Shown here piece by piece: positions 26,495-38,568 of a DNA stretch of 64,000 bases. The notes beneath the pieces are model-generated. The model ran no database searches, was not told where the DNA came from, and was given only the letters and a program-made list of their open reading frames with translations. How positions within the stretch are numbered: position 1 is the stretch's first letter; each line of letters opens with the position of its first letter. The DNA is from Octopus bimaculoides. Taxonomy: Eukaryota. Location of the stretch: the NCBI RefSeq assembly GCF_001194135.2, contig NC_068984.1, positions 106,060,692 through 106,124,691 of the forward strand, given 5' to 3'. The position numbers and the translations under genes are program-made.

Positions 26495-29119
26495 TATACA
26501 CCATTCTTCTTTCTTTGTCTCTTTCTTTCTTTCTTTTTATTTTTGTTGGAAGCTAGCTAGATTTCAGAAAATGTCATACACAACCTATGACATTGCCCTT
26601 GGAAAGATGCGACCCTAAACTTAACTGCTGCTGCTGCTGCTACTACTCCTACTACTACTACTCCTACTACTACTACTACTACTACCCTACTACTCCTACT
26701 CCTACTACTACTACTACATAACCATACCTGTGTGTGTGTGAGTGTGTGTGTAGATAGATCTATAGAGATACATACACACACATATCTATATATACACATA
26801 GTTACAGCTGTGTATGTATGTGTATATAAGAGGAGGCATATATGTTCAAAGATATACACTGCTGCCACCACTACTACTACAACTACTACTACTACCACCA
26901 CCACCACCACCAATACTACTACTATTCCATTGTAGTCATCATCAAGCACAAAAACATATATACTTTCTCTTATATACACACACAGCTGTAACTATGAGTA
27001 TATAAAGATATGTATGCGAATGTGTGTATATGTATCCGTATATATCTACCTATACACACACACACACACACACAGGTATGGCTATGTGGTTAAGAATTTT
27101 GTTTCCCAACCACATGGTTTTGAGTTCAGTCACATTGTGGAAGAAGTAGACAACATTTGTTCTGAATGTGCCACTCAGAGAAAAAAAAAAAAAAAACAAC
27201 ACACACACATACATACATTACATACATACATACATACAAAGAATAAATGACACAAGAGTATGAATTACTATCTGTCTGTCTGTCTATCTATCAATAAATA
27301 CACACATACACACACAAGCATACATTTGTATGGCATGCCAATTATTTTTAGGAACACTGACGTTTTCTTCAGCTGAACTTCTAGTAGCAAGAACTAGTTG
27401 TTCTTGTAACACAAATTGGAAGATATTTAACTGTGCATATTAAATAACATCTGACTGATTGCAATGATAGAAAGTGGAAGCTAACATCCTGAATGCCCAC
27501 AGTTTTCCCTATATACAGCTTTGTCTTGTCTGACTGAACACAACTTAAAGCTTTCCTAAATCTGAAAAAAGATAAGCACATGCATACATGTATATGTGTA
27601 TGCATGCACACACACACACAAACACACACACACATGTATACACAGGTACAAACATAAGAATATTTTCTAGACTGATCAATAGTTGGTGGAATGAGAAGAA
27701 TAAAATATTAGAGCAGCTCTGAATTTGTTACCATTGGGATGCAGTGAAATCATTATCATTGTGTATTTTGCATCTTATGGGAAAAGTTAATCTCATAACA
27801 AGAAAAAGAAAAAAAAAAGGTTAGTTGAAATCATGCAAAAGCAGATGACTGAATCTTTTTTTAATATAAATTCTGTTTCATTTTTGTATGTTTCGCAAAA
27901 TTTGAAATTGTGTGTAGAAAACGATGCTGTAGTCTGGGAAGGTCATACTGCCAGTATTAACACATGCACTGGTTATGTTTCACTTCAGTCGGTATTACCA
28001 GTCAATTAGATAATTCATCATTGATCAAGGGTTTAATCAAATACGCTGTGAAGTCCTTTTATCACACTCTGTGACTTAATCAGTAACTACATGTTTCCAA
28101 GTACTACTCTCTCCCCAGCACTTGTTTCTTGTTTACTGAAGTGCTGAGAAGGAGATAGACACAGTCATTGATAATGTCACTGACTGTGTCAAAAAAACTT
28201 TGACAGGTTAATCTGTTAATCAATTGGTTAATTATCTAGTTGATAGATAGTAAAACTAAAGTGAAACATAATCAGTGCATATGTTTTATTGGCACTATGG
28301 CCCTCTCAAACTACAATTTGATTCTACACAACTGCATATAAAACACTAAAACATACATCATAAAGAGTCAATGAGGAACCTCTTTAATTGGCCACTTGAT
28401 CTGCAAAAAATAACAGTCAAATATTCCTCAAATAACACTATACACTTTTTTGAAAAGAGAGAGAAAATTGTTTTCTAATATGAACTTAGATAAACTTTGT
28501 CTACAAAAAGATTGGATAAGGATAGTCGTATGTAGACTGTTTTTGATTAGGTCTGTTTGATCAGTGGTGATCTCAGTTTAGTCAATATCAATAACTTATA
28601 TAGTAAATGATCTCTTCAAAGACAATATGACAATGAAACTGATAGGTAAGCTTCATGTATGAACAAATTTAGAAGGTATTATTTGTTAATATATTACCAT
28701 CACGAGGTAATTTCACTTTATAAGCTCAAAGGTGATCCCACAACAGAGCTTGGGCAAATGTCTTCAACTATAGCAGCCCCAGGTTGAGTAACTGGATTTG
28801 ATAGATGAAAATTCAAAGAAGCCCTTGGTGAGTGTGTGTGTGTTGTCCTTGTCTTGGCATTATGTAATGGTTGTGAATGAGCATCATTGTCATACAAGCA
28901 ATGTTGTTCGTTTCCTGTCTTCCATGGAAACTATGTCTGGCAAAAGGGAAATATTACCTTGCTTCAACATAAGTGAGGGTCGATGACAGGAAGGACATCC
29001 AGCTGTAGAGAATCTGCCACTAACATTCCATTTGACCCATGCTAGCATGGAAAAATGGATCTTAAAAATGATGATGAAAGGCAATAGATATTAACACCAG
29101 TGAGAAAACTGATAAACTT

Positions 29120-32100
29120 GGTGCTTTTAAACAAAAATACATTGTCACCATAAACAGCAGCAATACCAGTGATATCTTACAAAGCTTTATCAACAGCTTG
29201 AAGAGCGATTGAAGGGGTCATTGAAGCCTCATCCAAGATGATCAAATCCAGGTTTCATAAATGATTTACATGGGCTGAAGTGGCTGGTACATTACAAATG
29301 CTGGCCTCCGTGAGTGGGACAGGCAACTTGAACAAACTAGGGACAGTCTTTCCACCTGACAGTAGTGTAGAGGCAATGCCTGTCCAAGCACTACTGCACA
29401 TGTTGCAGTTGTTCCTTCGCAGATAAAAAATTATGGTATTAAACGTATAAGATTTACCACAATCACCTGGTGCATCTACATAGAAACAGGAGTGGTTGGG
29501 CACCTCACCTGTCCTCTTCTTATCCACAGATTCAAGTACAGCATTAGCAATCAATCTCTGTTTATCAGTAAGTGTTGCAATGCCTGGGTAATTGAGGTCT
29601 TGATGATGGTCAAACAGCAGTACTCCAATAGGTTCAGGCAGCCCAATTGCTAAACAATTAATGCCATTCTCTATCAGAATTGCATCAATTGAGTGCAGTG
29701 CCATGTTTTCTGCATGTTCTGCATTAAAACCTTGGTACAAGAAATCTTCAATCATGGATTCCTTGTGAGTGGTCCATATTTGCAGGGTTCATATATGTGC
29801 ACAGGGCAGTAAACATAACACGCAACTGTAAGGGCATCCAACAGGCAGCAACTTCTAGCAATGCATGTTCCAGTGTGTCATCATTTGAGAAAAGACCATA
29901 TCTTAGGCATGCCACCTTAAATGTTGGCAAGATTTCTCCTACAGTGCGCAAATCCTGGAAGCTCACAGCGCCTGAAACATGCAGCTGCAACATTTGCAAG
30001 TGAAATTTTCCTGTGTCTCTGGGGCTCACTGTATTCATTCTACTGATGATATTAGTATTCCTTTGCCTTGATGTCCATATTCTAGTGTGCTCATTAAACA
30101 TAATACAGCGGAAGGTCAGGATACAAATGGTTCCTTGCATCATCATCATGCTAATTCAGTTTGAACCATGCAATTAGGGTAGTGTCATGATCCCTCTGTG
30201 CCTGAGCAGCTTGCTGAGAATTGCTTCTGTGAAAGTAAAGTCTTTGCTGGTCTTCAAGATGTACTGTAAGTCTGTAGTCAATGTGAGATGTGTCATGTAG
30301 CTTGAACTCTAACAGTCTCTACATAGCTTACGAAGGAGAAACATATCAGCAAGCAAGATAATTAGTAATTTCGTCATGAGCTTGATTCTGCTCATGATCT
30401 GCTGCTGGGTTGTCTCTTCAACAGAAGTATTGTCATGTCCCTTGTTCATGTACTTAAAGATATATTTAATGCTTTTCACAGATGAACAAATTTCTACATT
30501 AATGTGAGCTCTGTACTTTTTCAGTAGGTAGACATTGTACGGAACAATGATCCTATTTTCAATTGAGTGATGTCCAGCTTGAACTGTGACCCCAGTATTG
30601 CGTCTTTTGTACTCTAGATAGCCAATCAAATTCAGAAGCGTTTCATCTCTGTAATTCTTTGGGAATTTCCTTTGACATGAGCCATTTTCCATGCAAGGGA
30701 AAGAAAGATTATCTGTTCCACAAGGACCATGTATCATGCATTTTTTTTACTAAATTATGCAAGACTGGATCACCATTGACATCAGGAATTTCAGGTGTCA
30801 CGATCCTATCTATGTCATCGCTGTTTCTGAGTTTGGACACATTTCTTAACACTACAAACATGTGGCAGTGGGGAAAACCTCTCTTCTGAAACTCAATGAC
30901 ATGGACATAGCCACTGGCACCCCAAAAATGTGTCTATCCTTTATGTCCTTCATAAGTTCTACACTCGGATAACTAAATCTGGCCTATTTTCAGGTGTTCA
31001 TTTCAAGTGTTTCTCAGGGCACTTCAGGTTGCAAGTGTAAGTGATGAACAAGTCTGACGTAGCATATTTTGAAACAATTGACATGGCACCTGAAAATATT
31101 GGTGCATATTCATTGGACTGCCTGTGAATGAGGAAGGCAGTATCACTGGTACTTCTGGTTCAATATTTTCATCTGCTCCTGTGTTCAAATAATCCATCAA
31201 TTCGTTGTACCTTTCTACTCACAACTGGGTCTGATTGTTCCTAAGATATTGCAACCTGCAACCTTGACATATGCCTCCACAATATAGTATTGAAATAATT
31301 TTCCAGTTCTATGAATAACACTAAACCCATCTCTGCATGCAAGATAATAGCTGTAGTATTCTTGCATTGTCAAATAATTACACTCATGTGTCTGGCATTC
31401 CTCGACATGGTGCATCTCACAATGCCATCCAAATTCCTCATGGGGAAACAATTGGGTGGCTCATAGGGTCCAAGTGGCATGATGTGTAAGATATTTTTTT
31501 CAGGAGGAACATCTCTGGATACACAATAATGTCTCTATTTTCAGGAGGGGCACCATTGCTGCTATTTCATTGCTGGTGGGGAAATTGTAGAGCCTGAAAT
31601 CAGACTCTCTCCTGTAGTGTAATTCACATCTCCATACTGGCACATTGTCTCTTCTGGCTCTCTCCACTTCTTGTTTTTCAACTGCATGCATGTTCTTGTA
31701 CAATTCTGCATAAGGATTAATTTGGTGGATCATCATTTAACGTCCGCTTTCCATGCTAGCATGGGTTGGATGATTTGACTGAGGATTGGTGAACCAGATG
31801 GCTACACCAGGCTCCAATCTGATTTGGCAGAATTTCTACAGCTGGATGCCCTTCCTAACGCCAACCACTCCGAGAGTGCAGTGGGTGCTTTTACATGCCA
31901 CCGGCATGAAGGTCAGTCAGGTGGTACTTGCAACGGCCACACTCAAAATGGTGTATTTTACATGCCACCTGCACAGGAGCCAGTCCAGCGGGACTGGCAA
32001 TGATCTAGCTTGAATGTCTTTACACGTGCCACCGGCACAAGTGCCAAGAAGGCGACGCTGGGCACAGGTGCCATCATGATTTTGCTTTCGCTTGCCCCAA

Positions 32101-32650
32101 CAGGTCTTCGCAAGTCGAGTTTTGTGTCTAATGAAGGAGACGACGTTGGCATGGGTGCCAGTCGTCGAATTTAGTTCAATTTCAATTTCACTTGCCTCAA
32201 CAGGTCTTCGCAAGCGGAGTTTAGTGTTCAATGAATATGATCACTTATTTTTCTCAGAGTAACAGGGGAACACTCAGAATTTTGAGGTGCACCCATCCTA
32301 TGCTGCAGAGCTTCATCTGCATCAATGATGTATAACTGACCATATTGCAGTCGATCATTAGCAGGATGCAGGCTTGTCATTGTGTGGTAAGTTTGCCCTA
32401 AACCTCCTTCTAGGAGGTGCTGCCAGTTTGACTCCAAATGATGTAAAGGAGAAAGGTACAATTGTAATTTCTGATATTTTTACGGAATGAAATGGACTAT
32501 TGATTGTTTCCCTCAAATAAATTTTTGAGTGTCTCTCGATATGGTTGCAATGCATGCACGTTAACTTTTCCACCGTGGCAACAACTGTTATTTTCATTTC
32601 TAAACCTAAGCGCACCACAATATTAACATATAATGTTCATTTCTCCTATG
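29120..32650 (-). mobile_element. Decayed autonomous Helitron (Rep/helicase pseudogene)
   Basis: Frameshifted segments in the expected order: CxHC zinc-finger region, YGQLYIID, NPYA, FPHxExGWH, VIEFQKRGFPHCH (HUH at 30862-30870), MIHGPCG, HINVE...KYIFKY, SFQDLRTV, DAPGxxGKS (Walker A), TGIASTLL, IILDEASM (Walker B). Truncated after helicase motif II. Confidence 0.92.
31731..32230 (-). mobile_element. 5'-truncated RTE 3' end inserted into the Helitron
   Basis: (CAT)n-ttaacgtccgctttccatgctagcatggg family; degenerate 6-bp duplication ATTCAT/ATCCAC on the minus strand. Confidence 0.85.
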
Positions 32651-33227
32651 TTAAATTGTTCAAATTCATTAACAATAGCTCTGTTCAGCACTGGCCTATA
32701 TTTTCTCATACACTGTCGCTGCATCTGATGCCTCCTTAAATTTTCAATCTCACCAGCATTCATATTTTGAACTCTTTCTCAATATCTTTCCCTTTGGTTT
32801 TGCTGATAAATAACCATGTCATGTTTCATGTTCTCTACTCTTTGCTGAAATAAGTTTCTCTACTGCTCATGGTACTGTGCACACTGTTCCTCATCCATAT
32901 TTTCTCTTCTTATTTGTTGTCTCTGCCTATCTTGCTACAGGTGTTCCTTGCATTGTTCACCCTCAACTGCTGGCATTGCCTGTCTCTCTCCCTCTCACTT
33001 TGACTCTTTCTCTCTCACTACCTCTCTGTCCCTCCTCTGTATCGAAAAGTAACATTGAAAATTTACTGTGGTCATTTCTCTTTGATTTAACAATGTGTCA
33101 ATGTATTTATCTATCTACTTGTCTTCCATTTCACACATACACTTTCTATCACCACTCTCTATCTCTCCTCTGTATCAAAAAGTAAAAGTAACACAGTCTA
33201 TATTTAAGAGATGAAGAATTATGTACA

Positions 33228-33460
33228 CGGGCATATGGCATAATGATTAAGAGCGCGGGCTACTAACCCCAAGATTCTGAGCTCGAGTCCAGGCAGTGAC
33301 CTGAATAATAATAATAACATTAAAAAAATACCTTAGGAATGAGAACCCAGGTTCGAAATTTCCCCAAGACACCTGATAAAGGCTGGAGGGTATATCAGCC
33401 GAAATGTGTTAGCAACAAACAAGATGAGGACAAATATCCGTCAATTGTAAATAATGTAAA
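33228..33460 (+). mobile_element. tRNA-headed SINE carrying a hammerhead module (this copy degraded: CUGAUAA and a 3-nt deletion)
   Basis: A-box-like TGGCATAATGA and B-box-like GAGCTCGAGTCC, (AAT)n linker, body shared with the 4.0-4.4 kb and 21.5-21.9 kb loci. Flanked by a 15-bp direct repeat AAAGTAAAAGTAACA (33179-33193, 33462-33476). Confidence 0.75.
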
Positions 33461-34476
33461 TAAAGTAAAAGTAACATTGGAAATTTACTGTGGTTATTTC
33501 TCATTGATTTAACAATGTGTTGATGTATTTATCTATTTACTTGACTTCTGTTTCACACACACACTTTCTATCACCACTCTCTCTCTCCTCTCCCTCTGAC
33601 TCTCTCTCACTACCTCTCTATATATCATATGAAGAGCAAAATGGATGGAAGAACTAAGTAATAAAGGAAGGAGCAAGCAGAATTATGATTATGATTAATT
33701 TCAAATTTTACTGAGGTTGACTTTACCTTTCATCCTTTCAGGGTCAATCAATTAAGTACCAGTTAAATACTGGGGTCGATGTAATCGACTCATCCCCTCC
33801 CCCAAAATTGCTGCCCTTGTGGCAAAATTTGAAACCATTATATTATTATTATTATTTCTACTACTACTACTTATTTATTTCTTTAAATGTTAACTTTTTG
33901 CTGTTAGCATGGGTGGATGAAATTCATAGAAAGAAAATTTCTACAATCAGATGCTGTCCACAATACAAACCATCAGCAGTTTCCTGACCAAGACATGTTT
34001 TTCATAAAATATTGGAAGTGAATGCTACTGCTTATATGATAGTGACACTAATTTACAAGTATCATGTGATATGCAGATACAAACATATACATGTACACAT
34101 GTATGTATGTTTATAGATATATATTTATATGTCTATGACCAGCTTTTTTCAGTTTCCGTCTATCAAATTCACACACAAGGCTTTGGTTGGTTTGTGACTC
34201 TAGTAGAAGACCCTTGACCAAAGTGCCACCAAGACATATCGTTGGGAAACAAAACTCTCAGTCACACTGGAAAGCCTGCCCAACTGTCTGTATATATATA
34301 TATATACACAAATATATATCTGCACGCATGCACACACACACACATATATATATGAATAAATATAAATATAAATTTAATTAAGAGTAACAAAAGCAATATT
34401 GGTACCAAAAGGTAATATTTATCTCCCACACTACATTCACTTTGGTCATTTTCATAGCATTTTTTTCGATGGCCCA

Positions 34477-34535
34477 ATAACTGAAGAGATGCTGGCGTGG
34501 GTTTCCGCACCGACATCTGAAACTTGGAGTTTTAT
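34477..34535 (+). ncRNA. Type I hammerhead ribozyme motif with long stem II and GUU site
   Basis: AUAA-CUGAAGA-[GAUGCUGGCGUGG GUUU CCGCACCGACAUC]-U-GAAA-CUUGGAG-UU-UUAU: 4-bp stem I, 13-bp stem II with 2 mismatches, 3-bp stem III. Confidence 0.65.
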
Positions 34536-34638
34536 CATCGCTACCGAATAATTGTCACATATTATATTTACAGATAAATTCCTCTATTTACATAATATTG
34601 AGGTCTCTTTCATTCTTTTGTTGTCTTACCATTTCTAT

Positions 34639-34683
<45 letters not shown>

Positions 34684-34834
34684 CCAACTAAATGCGGTGG
34701 TCCTATAGAGGATGGTGCTATTGTTATTTTTAGCCCCAGGAAGACATCTCCTCCAGCTGGCCAACAACACACAATTTGTGCTCGATTAGTATTTGCGAGG
34801 GAGGTCATCGCTCCCATCTCTAGAGTTACGTGAT

Positions 34835-34881
34835 ACACACAGACCCGAGTTTCTGGGTGGTTACCCCTCTTCAGTGTGTGT
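34835..34881 (-). ncRNA. Type I hammerhead ribozyme motif with GUC cleavage site
   Basis: Minus strand reads ACACACA-CUGAAGA-G[GGGU AACC ACCC]A-GAAA-CUCGGG-UC-UGUGUGU: 7-bp stem I, intact core, 4-bp stem II, near-palindromic ACUCGGGU stem III. Confidence 0.8.
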
Positions 34882-35317
34882 TAATCACTGGCTAGTGATG
34901 AATAACTCATTCCACTCACAAAATATTATGTCCTTTTTCTAGTGACACACTGTCACTGATCTTGTAAAGAGATAGATAAGTTATATTTCTGAGTGAGAGA
35001 TAAAAAATAACAGTACGAAATAGTAAAATATATTTGCCAACTAAATGTGGCAAATGTAAATATATGTATATGTATGTGTATATGTATGTATGTATGTATA
35101 TAGGGTTATGATATATATATATCTATGATTATTGTTGGTATTTTTTTAAAGACAGATATGTTATTCAAATGTTGATTTCTAGATAGATATACATTACAAA
35201 ACCTTCAACTTGACAGTTTTTACATTAGTGTGAGGAACGGAAAATTTTCCTTTCAGAATAGGTTGAGAGAAGAAAATAAAAATAAATTTGACTTGAAATT
35301 TCAATAAGAATGTTTAC

Positions 35318-35440
35318 CTCATTCAAATAACAATCAGTCCAGCTGTCACAAAGCGTTTGTGTGGTTTTGTTGATGCTAGAGTGACCAAGCATATTAAGGC
35401 TGTAACACAAACTACCAACAGCCAGGCTGACGCCACACAT
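35318..35440 (-). CDS. FOCAD: Focadhesin exon 6 (MCGVSLAVGSLCYSLNMLGH...SWTDCYLNE)
   Basis: Acceptor tctattttcag, donor GAG|gtaaac; 123 nt, phase 0/0. Matches recalled human SGFALALGNIVHGLSVCGH...AWIRIVLTE. Confidence 0.9.
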
Positions 35441-36425
35441 CTGAAAATAGACAGATTTAATATGTAGTCTTGGTACAAAAATTGTTATCAAGTTAAAATC
35501 TAAATTAACTCTTAACCCTTTTGATACCAACCCACTTAGGAGTCAACCTTGGTCCTGTGATATAAACTCATTGTTTTAAAGTGTTTTACACTTAAATTTT
35601 TCATCAGAACTTCTAGTTAGTTTATGTTCAAACACTTAATAATGATGAATTTTTCATTATTTTTGAAATTAAATGAAACAAAGGCAGAGCATTCCAGAAA
35701 TTTGATAACCAATGGATTAAAGAGTGCATGTGATCAAACAGTAGATTAAGATAATTTTGAACCTCATTAAATATTAATTGATATTAGTGTGCTTGCCACA
35801 TATTTTTGTGGTCATAAAGATTGTTCAAAGAGATATCAAAGGACTAAAGTCAACTTCTTTGTTTTATTTTTGTTTGCACAGTGAGAGGAGGGTAACTTGT
35901 TACATAGTGGGTTATACTGGTTCAGGCTGAGAATTATATGAACATATATGTGAAACACATCAACCACTTATCTTCTCCACTCCCACTATTCCTGGGAAGG
36001 TCATGGGGGTATAGAGTCCTCAGGCTTCTCCCCCATAGGCTTCTACCAGAAGCAACCACTATTACACTTTCTGGCTGGATTCCCAAGTCCCAATTGTGAT
36101 GAACATAGACTAGATATTATTCAAACATTTCATTCTTGGTCTACCCCTAGGTGTTCTACCAGTTGGCTTAGCTTGAAGAGTCCATCAAGAAAGGATCCAA
36201 CATCTTTCATCAATGTCTATACCAGCAGAAGACACACACAAAAGTAAGAAAGTCAATAAAATGGTACTTTAGAATAAAAATACTCTGTGGTACTTATTCC
36301 ACCCAAGTTGTTCATATGCTCTCTTGTCCCTCTCAGTGAATCAGTGCTGTTTGGTAATGTTGCAGGAGAGATAGTAAAAATGAAACTGCAGTCACTGAAA
36401 AGTTAAAATACCTTCAGTTACTTAC

Positions 36426-36545
36426 TTGTGGGTGTGCTTCACTAAGGTTTTTCAGATAATCAAAAATACTGTTGATTGTATCAGCGTTGATAATATTGGC
36501 TGAAAACACAGAACCACTGCAAGTGGCAACAGCAAAGCAAAGGAC
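36426..36545 (-). CDS. FOCAD: Focadhesin exon 5 (VLCFAVATCSGSVFSANII...EAHPQ)
   Basis: Acceptor gttgtatttcag, donor CAA|gtaagt; 120 nt, phase 0/0. Matches recalled human VLAYTLSCVCTSAFSAGII. Confidence 0.9.
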
Positions 36546-36578
36546 CTGAAATACAACAAAAATATATATATAGCAATT

Positions 36579-37061
36579 CAAGACAAAGGTTCATCACATT
36601 ATATCTGGTATTTTTTACCTTTTATTTATTTTCTATCTACTTTCTCAAAAATGCATGAATTGTATAACCATTATCATAATTTATTCACTTTTCTAGTTTG
36701 CTATAGCAATCACAGCCAAAGCTACATTAAAATAGTACCCTAATACTTTTGATATCCACACACTTGAAAGCTTCTTGTTAAAAATGTTCAAAGCTTCTTG
36801 TTTAAAATGTTCAAAGGTTAATTAGAACTTCCAAGACAAAGGTTCATCACATTATATCTGGTATTTTTTACCTTTTATTTATTTTCTATCTACTTTCTCA
36901 CAAATGCATGAATTGTATAATCATTATCATAATTTATTCACTTTTCCAGTTTGCTATAGCAATCACAGCCAAAGCTACATTAAAACAGTACCCTAACACT
37001 TTTGATATCCACCCATTTGAAAGCTTCTTGTTTAAAATGTTCAAAGGTTAATTAGAACTTC
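36579..37061. repeat. Tandem duplication of a ~230-250 bp unit
   Basis: Units start CAAGACAAAGGTTCATCAC at 36579 and 36832 and are highly similar. Confidence 0.9.
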
Positions 37062-38300
37062 CAATTATACTTTTATGTAAGAACCTTCTCATTAAGTTAT
37101 ATTTCAAATACAGGCATAACAACTGCAAATTTAGTTATTTAATTAAACATTCCAAATTCTCGGATTCTTTTTAAAATTAATCAAAGCACATTAGCAGTGT
37201 ATTTTCATTAGAAATATCTTTACAAAAAGATTAATAATAGATGTCATTAACTTAACTTCATTTGACTATATTCTGGTAGTACTTAAGAAAGTTTGGATGC
37301 TTCACAGCAACCTTAGTCTTACATCACATCACTTGAAAAACCTAACCTAACCTTAGTATGTAATCATATGTCTATCAACTATCTTAACACCTACCCCACT
37401 TAGGCACCCCATCATCGTAACATACCAGTATAGCTCCATTGCAGACATTATGTACTTTTAAACTTCTTAAATATACTGAACATAATATTCACAGGTATTG
37501 CAATCCTGATTTCAAGCCTTACATCTCTACTTTTTCTACTTTAGAAAGTAACTATTTAGCAATAATACCAATCGTTTCCCTAAACTCCAAACTTGCTTAC
37601 AATGTAATCAGAAACACTTCTGCTAATAACAATTATGTCTCTTAGAAGTTATAAACTTAATTAATTAATTTAATTAGAACTTTAATTGATTAGAACAGTA
37701 ATTCAATTACTAATACATCTAGACTATTATTTAGTGTTTGTGTTGTTAGGTATATAAATGCCTGCTATCCCTCAAAAATGTCTTTCTCATATAAATCTAA
37801 TTGAGTTCTCAATGCTTACCTATTGTGAGGAAATAGTCAATTTTTTTTTGCTACATGTTCCAACCGTCACACTGTCTGCTACTAGAGGTTTTCTTCTGCA
37901 AGAAGCCACAATTAAGATGCTTTACAGTGCTATGCTAGAATGTCTGGCCCCCCGTTAGCTTTGCAAGGTCCTTAATTTTGTGTAGCTTATCTTTGTCAAT
38001 AACATCAATATAGTGGAGCAGTCTTCTTCAGTTTTTTCTATACTACTGTTTTTGCATGTTTCTTGATCATCCAAATTATATGATATACTTTACAGCTCAC
38101 CTTCAGTGACTGAATTCATGATTTGGCCCTTTGGACGAGAAAGGTTGTGCATCCCTGATCTAGAGTAATGGCTCTATGAATCTCATTTATTTGCTGGACT
38201 GATTACTCATGTGCTGTAGGTCTGCTGACCTTGGAGTAAATATTAATAACAACAATAAGAGCATCTAATAAAATCACAATAAAATAATAAACATGTGCAC

Positions 38301-38445
38301 CTGGAATATATCTGAAGAAGAATCTGTATTTTTCAAAAGAGAAAATAATTTATCGAGTATTTCAGCAAGATGTTGGCGAGATTCCGGTTTTCCATCTTCA
38401 CACAAAGAAGTGAGTGCCAGAGTTAACCCAAGAATGCAACCAGAC
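38301..38445 (-). CDS. FOCAD: Focadhesin exon 4 (SGCILGLTLALTSLCEDGKPESRQHL...DIFQ)
   Basis: Acceptor ttttcctcttcag, donor CAG|gtgcac; 145 nt, completes the split Arg codon from exon 3 and ends in phase 0. Matches recalled human TGCILGVGLVLS...SRVHVA...TFQ. Confidence 0.9.
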
Positions 38446-38535
38446 CTGAAGAGGAAAATATCTTATGTGTCACATTAAATGCTATATAAGAATTGTATGC
38501 GTGTGTGCATGGAACATACAAAAACATTACATACA

Positions 38536-38568
<33 letters not shown>

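Noticed and set aside
33600-33635. Candidate 5' TC terminus of the large Helitron
   Set aside because: Preceded by T rather than A and no matching 3' CTRR end survives, so the boundary cannot be fixed.
38105-38164. hAT/Charlie-like terminus (CAGGGATGCACAACCTTT...GGGCC on minus, beside TCTAGA)
   Set aside because: No matching second terminus or convincing transposase motif found; too weak to annotate.
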